Sequence record: DRR378314_1821
Direction: 5' to 3' (one strand)
DNA length: 32,118 nucleotides
In this document: positions 25,545 to 32,118 of the stretch, one piece after another
Numbering within the stretch: position 1 is the stretch's first letter
How the letters are laid out: each line of letters begins with the position of its first letter
The notes under the pieces: generated by a model
Seen by the model: the letters and a program-made list of their open reading frames with translations, nothing else
What the model was told of the DNA's origin: nothing
Database searches by the model: none
Position numbers and translations under genes: made by a program

Positions 25545-27526
25545 TGAAACATGTATTGGGATTGATTTTAGTGGTGTTCAGTTTTTTCTTGGGGTTTTCC
25601 CAGTCGGATGATAATCCGGCCATATGGACCTATGAAGCTGAAAAAATAACGGATACCGAGTACAACCTGATCTTTAAGGCCGATATATATGAAGGATGGC
25701 ACATCTATTCCCAATTTACGGATGAAAATGGCTCCTTGCCCAGCGAATTTACCTTTGAAAAAGCAGGTGAGGACTATGAGCTGGTAGGAACCACAACAGA
25801 AAGCGAAACACTTGTTGAATACTCCGATATTTTTGAGGTGGATGAAACTTTCTTCAAGGAAAAGGCTGTCTTTACCCAAAGAATAAAATTATTGAATCCG
25901 GAGGTAAATCAGATTACCGTGGATTTGTTCTACCAAATATGTAAGGAAGTCTGCATCCCAAAAGATGAAATTTTCCATATTTCCCTGACCGGAGAGGAAA
26001 TAGTTGTTGCGGAACAGCATGTGGACCAGCGCAGTCTGGATATGAGTGCTGCCTTAATGCTGGATTTAAAAAACAAGGAATTGTTGGTCAACGGCGATGA
26101 AAATGCCGTGAACGAAAAATCCGGTCTGTGGACCATTTTCGTGTTAGGCTTTTTGGGTGGCTTAATTGCCTTACTTACCCCCTGTGTATTTCCGATGATA
26201 CCATTAACAGTATCCTTTTTCACCAAACAAGGAGCCAACAGATCCAAAGGCATTGCAAATGCATTGCTTTATGGGTTTTTTATAGTATTGATTTATTTTC
26301 TATTGAGTTTACCCTTTCATTTGTTCGATTCCGTGGATTCACAAATATTGAATACCATTGCTACCAATGTTTGGTTAAACCTATTTTTCTTTCTCATTTT
26401 TATATTTTTCGCCTTCTCTTTTTTCGGATATTATGAATTGACACTGCCTAGTTCTTGGGCCAATAAAATGGACTCGGCTTCCTCTAAGGTGGGAGGCGCT
26501 TTCGGAATCTTTTTTATGGCAGTTACTTTGGCCATAGTGTCCTTTTCCTGTACCGGTCCCATTTTAGGAGGATTGTTGGGTAGTACTGCTTTGGCAGAAG
26601 GGGATGTTGCTACCAACCTGTCCATGGGAATGACTGGATTTGGAGTGGCCCTGGCGTTGCCCTTTGGCCTTTTCGCATTATTCCCTACCTGGCTAAATTC
26701 CCTTCCCAAATCTGGGGGATGGATGACTACGGTGAAAGTGACACTAGGGTTCTTGGAGTTGGTATTGGCCTTTAAATTTCTGTCCAATGCGGATTTGGTT
26801 GGGAACTGGGGAATTTTTAAACGGGAAATTTTCTTGGGAATCTGGATATTATTATTTGTCTTGCTTTCCCTTTACCTATTTGGAATATTGAGATTTCCGC
26901 ATGACGGACCAAAACAACGATTGTCCACTGGAAGGAAGCTTACGGCAGTCCTCAGCACTGCTTTCGCTGTATATCTAATAATGGGCCTGTCAAAAATTAC
27001 TGATTTAAAATTATTGAGCGGATTTCCACCTCCACAATTCTATAGCATTTTTGAAACAGAAAGTGATTGTCCTTTGGGCATAGATTGTTTTAAGGATTTT
27101 GACAAAGGCATTGCCCATGCCAAACAGCTAAACAAACCGGTATTGTTGGATTTTACAGGCTGGGCCTGTGTAAATTGCAGGAAAATGGAGGAAACGGTCT
27201 GGAGCGAGCCGGATATTTATCCTATCCTCAAGGAGGAATACGTTTTGATATCGCTCTACATAGATGACCGAAAGGAACTACCTGTCGAAGAACAGTTCGA
27301 TTTTAAATACGAATCCGGACGCGTAAAAAAAATCAATACCGTGGGTGAAAAATGGGGTACTTTCCAGACGTTGAACTTTAATGCCGCCTCGCAACCATAC
27401 TATGTAATAATGTCCCCTGATCTGGAAATTTTAAATACTGCCGTGCAATATACAGATCGGGATACCTATAAGGAATGGTTAAAAAAAGGGGTGAGTAATT
27501 TTAAGCAATTGGGGCTGTTAAAATAA
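25544..27526 (+). CDS. dsbD: Thiol:disulfide interchange protein DsbD
   Basis: Alpha domain YQICKEVC, membrane domain LLTPCVFPMIP and SFSCTGP, LPKSGGWM, thioredoxin domain WACVNCRKME; TAATG overlap with tilS. Confidence 0.92.
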   Translation: MKHVLGLILVVFSFFLGFSQSDDNPAIWTYEAEKITDTEYNLIFKADIYEGWHIYSQFTDENGSLPSEFTFEKAGEDYELVGTTTESETLVEYSDIFEVDETFFKEKAVFTQRIKLLNPEVNQITVDLFYQICKEVCIPKDEIFHISLTGEEIVVAEQHVDQRSLDMSAALMLDLKNKELLVNGDENAVNEKSGLWTIFVLGFLGGLIALLTPCVFPMIPLTVSFFTKQGANRSKGIANALLYGFFIVLIYFLLSLPFHLFDSVDSQILNTIATNVWLNLFFFLIFIFFAFSFFGYYELTLPSSWANKMDSASSKVGGAFGIFFMAVTLAIVSFSCTGPILGGLLGSTALAEGDVATNLSMGMTGFGVALALPFGLFALFPTWLNSLPKSGGWMTTVKVTLGFLELVLAFKFLSNADLVGNWGIFKREIFLGIWILLFVLLSLYLFGILRFPHDGPKQRLSTGRKLTAVLSTAFAVYLIMGLSKITDLKLLSGFPPPQFYSIFETESDCPLGIDCFKDFDKGIAHAKQLNKPVLLDFTGWACVNCRKMEETVWSEPDIYPILKEEYVLISLYIDDRKELPVEEQFDFKYESGRVKKINTVGEKWGTFQTLNFNAASQPYYVIMSPDLEILNTAVQYTDRDTYKEWLKKGVSNFKQLGLLK

Positions 27527-27640
27527 GCCAACATTATGATGACTTTGAGATGTTTTCTTCTAATAAATATTTTAATGGAAAACATTTCTAGTAACTAGGT
27601 TTAGTATTCTACATATACAGTAAAAGCAAATTCCAACGCT

Positions 27641-29521
27641 ATGAACAAAATTTTAATCCTCTTATTGGCCATCGTCCTAATTTCCTGTGGAAGAACGGGA
27701 ATTCAGACCACCAACAACAAAACCAATACCGGAGTAGTCGACACGTACAACCCTAGGGATTTTTACAACAAGAAAGAGGTCGTTATTCCTATGCGCGATG
27801 GGATAAAATTACATACCACCATCTATTCCCCCAAGGACACTTCCAAGAAATATCCCATTCTCATGTCAAGAACACCATATAGTTCCAGACCTTATGGATC
27901 CAACGAATACAAAGCCTTGATTTCTCCCAATAGAAAAATGATGAAAGAGGGAAATATTGTGGTATATCAAGATGTTAGGGGCAGATGGAATAGTGAAGGC
28001 GTCTATGACAATATGAGGGCCTATATTCCCAATAAAAAGGAAGGGGAGGTAGATGAGGCTTCCGACACTTACGACACCATAGAATGGTTAATAAACAACG
28101 TTGACAACCACAATGGGAATGTAGGTGTTTGGGGTATTTCCTATCCAGGTTTTTATTCCACTTATTCTTTATTGGATGCCCATCCGGCACTTAAGGCCGT
28201 TTCTCCCCAAGCCCCAATAGGGGATTTCTTTTTTGATGATTTTCATCATAATGGTGCCTATTTATTGAGCTACTGGAGAGCTACAGCCGTATTTGGCTAT
28301 ATGAAAGACCAACCTACCACAGAAGAATGGTATTCTTTTCCTGAACTGGGCACGGAAGACCAATACCAGTTTTTTTTGGATGCCGGTCCCTTGTCCAACC
28401 TGGACAAGTATTACAAAGAGGACAATGTTTTTTGGCAACAGCTTAAGGAACACCCTAACTACGATGAATTCTGGCAGGAACGTGGCATAATCCAACATCT
28501 GGAAAATATTAAACCGGCGGTAATGACCGTAGGAGGCTGGTTTGATGCCGAAGACCTTTATGGCCCCTTAAGTACCTATGGGCATATAGAAAAGAACAGC
28601 TCCAATTACAACACTATAGTAATGGGTCCATGGAGCCATGGCGATTGGTCCAAGGAAACAAAGCGCCAAGCCATTGGCAATGTCTACTTTGGGGATGATA
28701 TCTCAAAATTCTATCAGGAAAATATTGAAACTAAATTTTTCAATCACTTCCTAAAAGGGGAGGGGGCAACCAACAATTTGCCCGAAGCCTATGTTTTTGA
28801 TACGGGTACCAAGGAATGGAAAACTTTTGATGCCTGGCCTCCCCAGAACACCTCCAAGGAAACCTACTCCTTACAGCGCAATCAACGTTTGGGACAAATT
28901 GCTACCAGGGAATACTCTTTTCAGGAATTTATAAGCGACCCCAAGAAACCTGTTCCTTATTCCGAGGATATAAAAATGGTCTTTACCCCTCGGAAGTTCA
29001 TGACCGATGATCAGCGCTTTGCAGCCCGTAGACCCGATGTTTTAGTATTTGAAACCGAACCCTTGGAAGAGCCACTTACCCTTGCCGGAGATATTATGGC
29101 GAAACTTAACGTTTCCACCACTGGTACGGACGCGGATTGGATCGTTAAGGTGATTGACGTTTATCCTTCGGACCACAAGGATTATGAGGAGACCCAAGCG
29201 TACCTAAAAATGGGCAACTACCATCAAATGGTCCGAAGTGAAGTAATGCGTGGCCGATTTAGAAATGATTTTTCAAAACCCGAACCTTTTGTTCCGGATG
29301 AGGTAACTAAAGTAAACATTCAATTACAGGATGTTTTCCATACTTTTAAAAAGGGCCATAAAATACAGGTACAGGTCCAAAGTACCATGTTTCCCTATAT
29401 AGATATCAATCCTCAAACCTATGTAGATAATATATTTAAGGCTAAACCTGAAGACTTTCAAAAACAAACACATCGCGTGTACAACACTTCTTTAATAGAA
29501 TTTACCATCCTAAAACCATAA
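27641..29521 (+). CDS. CocE/NonD family hydrolase, alpha-amino acid ester hydrolase/acyltransferase type; lipoprotein
   Basis: IPMRDG, RTPY (oxyanion tyrosine), QDVRGR, GISYPG (Ser), FDAED (Asp) and GPWSHG (His) motifs; lipobox LISC at residue 16. Confidence 0.9.
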   Translation: MNKILILLLAIVLISCGRTGIQTTNNKTNTGVVDTYNPRDFYNKKEVVIPMRDGIKLHTTIYSPKDTSKKYPILMSRTPYSSRPYGSNEYKALISPNRKMMKEGNIVVYQDVRGRWNSEGVYDNMRAYIPNKKEGEVDEASDTYDTIEWLINNVDNHNGNVGVWGISYPGFYSTYSLLDAHPALKAVSPQAPIGDFFFDDFHHNGAYLLSYWRATAVFGYMKDQPTTEEWYSFPELGTEDQYQFFLDAGPLSNLDKYYKEDNVFWQQLKEHPNYDEFWQERGIIQHLENIKPAVMTVGGWFDAEDLYGPLSTYGHIEKNSSNYNTIVMGPWSHGDWSKETKRQAIGNVYFGDDISKFYQENIETKFFNHFLKGEGATNNLPEAYVFDTGTKEWKTFDAWPPQNTSKETYSLQRNQRLGQIATREYSFQEFISDPKKPVPYSEDIKMVFTPRKFMTDDQRFAARRPDVLVFETEPLEEPLTLAGDIMAKLNVSTTGTDADWIVKVIDVYPSDHKDYEETQAYLKMGNYHQMVRSEVMRGRFRNDFSKPEPFVPDEVTKVNIQLQDVFHTFKKGHKIQVQVQSTMFPYIDINPQTYVDNIFKAKPEDFQKQTHRVYNTSLIEFTILKP

Positions 29522-29544
29522 AAGCATTATCATTTTAAGAAATT

Positions 29545-29571
29545 AAAAGTACCCTTAGGAGTACTTTTTTT
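29545..29571 (+). terminator. Intrinsic terminator after the CocE/NonD gene
   Basis: AAAAGTAC-CCTTAGGA-GTACTTTTTTT. Confidence 0.6.
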
Positions 29572-29612
29572 ATATTCTAAATTGCCATACCTTTAAACTA
29601 AAACCTATAAGT

Positions 29613-32009
29613 GTGAAAGTATTTAAGAAGCTGCTCTGGATAGTTTTGGGCATTATCGCAATATTGGCCTTGAGTAGTGCCGTTTATGTTTACACCCATA
29701 CCCCGGAATATGTCGGCAACATTGAAACGGATAAATTAAATAATAAAGTAGAAGTTTACTTTGACACCTATGGAATACCACATATCTATGCCAAAAAGGA
29801 AGAAGATGCCCTAAGAGTACTGGGGTATGTCCATGCGCAGGACAGGTTGTGGCAAATGGAATTGCTACGGAGGATTGCAAAAGGCGGGCTTTCGGAAGTT
29901 TTTGGTGAGGACATGCTTAAAACGGACAAATTCTTTCTGTCCTTGGGTATAGATGATGCTTCACAACAAACGGTGGAAAAAGCTTCAAAAGATAGCCCTA
30001 TGGTCCAGCTTTCCCAAGCATATTTGGACGGGATCAACCAATTTATAGCAGAAGGCCCAACTCCTATCGAGTTTCATCTTACCAGTTTGGAAAAAACTCC
30101 ATTTACTCTAAAGGATATCTATAATACCGTTGGATATATGGCCTTTAGTTTCGCCATGGCCCATAAAACCGACCCCTTATTGACGAACATTAAGAATAAA
30201 TTAGGGCCTGCCTATCTAACCGATTTGGAAATTGGCGCCGACCCCAAAAAAACATTGATCAAGAATTTTAAACCCAGTATTCACGATTCCATAAAAAATG
30301 AGGTAGCCAGCTTAGTTTCGGAGGTGTTGAAGGATTTTCCGGTCCCTCAGTTCGAAGGGAGCAATAGTTGGGTAATAGCTCCCAATAAGACCAAAAACGG
30401 CAAGGTTATCTTGGCCAATGATCCACATATTGGTTTTGCCCAACCCTCGGTGTGGTATGAAGCCCATGTAAATGTACCCAACTACGAAAAATATGGCTAT
30501 CATTTAGCCGGTGTGCCCTTTCCTTTATTGGGGCATGACCGAAAATTGGCCTACGGACTTACCATGTTCGAGAACGATGATATTGATTTTTATTATGAAG
30601 AGGAAAACCCAAATGATCCCAACTCTTACAAAACGGCTTCGGGGTGGGAAAATTATGAGCTGGTTTCCAAAACCATAAAAGTAAAGGGGGAGGACGATGT
30701 TAGTTTCACCTTTAAGAAATCCCATCATGGTCCCATTCTGAACGGAATAGCCGACCAGGTAATGGACCAGCGCCCAATAGCCATGTCCTGGATCTATACC
30801 AAGTTGGAAAATAAGGTTATGGATGCCCTTTATGGCATGTCCCATGCCCAAAATTTATCTGAATTTCGTGAAGCACTCCCTCATATTCATGCCCCGGGCC
30901 TAAATATTATGTACGGGGATGCTGTGGGCAATGTGGGGTGGTTTGCAACAGCTAAACTATACCAAATGCCGGATAGTACCAATACCAAATTTATATTGGA
31001 CGGTAGTTCAGGACAGGATGAGCCTCTTCGTTACCTGGACTTTACCGAAAACCCCATGGCCATTAATCCCTCTTGGAATTATGTGTATTCCGCCAACAAT
31101 CAGCCCGATTCAATCAACGGAAGATTTTATCCCGGTTATTACTTGCCCGAGAATAGGGCCAAAAGGATAATAGCCCTTTTGGAACCTAAAAATGATTGGG
31201 ACAGGGTAGCCGTGCAGGAAATGTTGATGGATGCCACTTCCGGTGTAAATGCCAAAGTGGTAACCAATTTGGCTAAAAGTATGGAAGTAAAGGAAATGAC
31301 AGAGGCACAGATTAGCGTCTTGGACAATATGATTGTTTGGGATGGCAATAGTCAATTACAGCAAATAGAACCTACCGTTTATCACCGTTGGATCTATTTC
31401 TTACTGAAAAATACGTTCGAGGACGAATTGGGAACCCAGATGTTCCAGCAATTGTTGGACACCCATTTTCACAAACGACTAATAGCTCCAATGGCTGCAA
31501 AAGATAATTCCGTTTGGTGGGACGATATAAACACTCCTGACAGTGTAGAAACAAAAAATGATAGGGTAAACCTCTCGTTTAGACAAGCATTTCAGTCTTT
31601 GGAGGAAGATTTTGGCGAAGACCCGTACCAATGGACTTGGGATAGGGTACACACTTTGGAACACGGTCATCCCATAGGTCAGATCAAGGTACTAAGATCA
31701 TTTTTTAATGTGGGCCCTTACCCTGTTTCGGGAACCAGAGAGGTAATCAATAATATGTACTTCAAATATGACGACACCGGTTTATACCCAGCTACTTCAG
31801 GCCCTTCCACAAGACGGGTAATCGATTTTTCCGATATTGAAAATAGCACCAGTATCCTACCTACAGGTCAATCCGGAAATCCTTTCAGTGAACATTATGA
31901 TGATCAGGCCGAAATGTACATTCAAGGTAAATTTCGAAAAATGATGATGAACAAGGAGGAAATCATTAAAACCCAGAAGTCCTTACTGATCTTTGAACCA
32001 AGAAAGTGA
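29613..32009 (+). CDS. Penicillin acylase family Ntn-hydrolase (peptidase S45), membrane-anchored
   Basis: N-terminal TM helix, YGIPHIYA, GYVHAQDRLWQMEL, autoprocessing G|SNSW, ANDPHI, SANN and TGQSGNPFSEHYDDQ motifs; GTG start. Confidence 0.92.
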   Translation: MKVFKKLLWIVLGIIAILALSSAVYVYTHTPEYVGNIETDKLNNKVEVYFDTYGIPHIYAKKEEDALRVLGYVHAQDRLWQMELLRRIAKGGLSEVFGEDMLKTDKFFLSLGIDDASQQTVEKASKDSPMVQLSQAYLDGINQFIAEGPTPIEFHLTSLEKTPFTLKDIYNTVGYMAFSFAMAHKTDPLLTNIKNKLGPAYLTDLEIGADPKKTLIKNFKPSIHDSIKNEVASLVSEVLKDFPVPQFEGSNSWVIAPNKTKNGKVILANDPHIGFAQPSVWYEAHVNVPNYEKYGYHLAGVPFPLLGHDRKLAYGLTMFENDDIDFYYEEENPNDPNSYKTASGWENYELVSKTIKVKGEDDVSFTFKKSHHGPILNGIADQVMDQRPIAMSWIYTKLENKVMDALYGMSHAQNLSEFREALPHIHAPGLNIMYGDAVGNVGWFATAKLYQMPDSTNTKFILDGSSGQDEPLRYLDFTENPMAINPSWNYVYSANNQPDSINGRFYPGYYLPENRAKRIIALLEPKNDWDRVAVQEMLMDATSGVNAKVVTNLAKSMEVKEMTEAQISVLDNMIVWDGNSQLQQIEPTVYHRWIYFLLKNTFEDELGTQMFQQLLDTHFHKRLIAPMAAKDNSVWWDDINTPDSVETKNDRVNLSFRQAFQSLEEDFGEDPYQWTWDRVHTLEHGHPIGQIKVLRSFFNVGPYPVSGTREVINNMYFKYDDTGLYPATSGPSTRRVIDFSDIENSTSILPTGQSGNPFSEHYDDQAEMYIQGKFRKMMMNKEEIIKTQKSLLIFEPRK

Positions 32010-32069
32010 TTTATTTGTTGCAGTGGCTATTTGATGGTGCAATTATCAGTGAGCGGTTGGCAGTTACAT

Positions 32070-32097
32070 GGTTCAAAGTTCAAGGTTCAAGGTTCAA
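32070..32097. repeat. Heptamer tandem repeat (RGTTCAA) x4
   Basis: GGTTCAA AGTTCAA GGTTCAA GGTTCAA, preceded by degenerate 7-mers CAGTGAG CGGTTGG CAGTTAC (32047-32067). Confidence 0.8.
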
Positions 32098-32118
32098 AAA
32101 ATGTCCATGCCTATATAG

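Noticed and set aside
27547..27589. Inverted repeat GAGATGTTTTC...GAAAACATTTC after dsbD
   Set aside because: About 20-nt AT-rich loop and no U tract; too weak to call as terminator or operator.
32070..32097. Possible CRISPR-like repeat
   Set aside because: Contiguous 7-mers with no spacers and no cas genes in the window.

Overview
Gene-dense, AT-rich chromosomal window from a Bacteroidota bacterium, most likely marine Flavobacteriaceae. This rests on recurring TAnnTTTG -7 promoter elements, A/T-rich start regions without obvious Shine-Dalgarno sites, and the gene families present. It opens with the 5' part of a tRNA-Ser (minus strand). Then come a TauE/SafE transporter, a nitroreductase, a KdnA-like sugar aminotransferase, a GH92 mannosidase and a DUF1080 protein (+). 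A minus-strand run follows: ahpC-trx-small acidic protein, tpx-dgkA, and ftsK-lolA-lptF/G-ribB(X). Next are a divergent Lrp / methionine gamma-lyase-like / NhaC-family module, lpdA, a small two-CDGSH Fe-S protein and a DUF1624-type membrane acyltransferase. The last stretch holds an FMN reductase, pabB, a lysophospholipase, tilS-dsbD, an alpha-amino acid ester hydrolase/acyltransferase and a penicillin-acylase-family Ntn hydrolase. I saw no mobile element, prophage, CRISPR array or recognisable defence system, so this is mostly core genome. The best leads are the Lrp-MGL-NhaC candidate methionine-to-methanethiol module, the AhpF-less ahpC-trx-unknown protein operon, the kdnA-like gene without kdnB, a zinc-less RibBX fusion, tandem acylases, and candidate leaderless mRNAs. 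All family calls come from motif recognition by eye; no database search was run.
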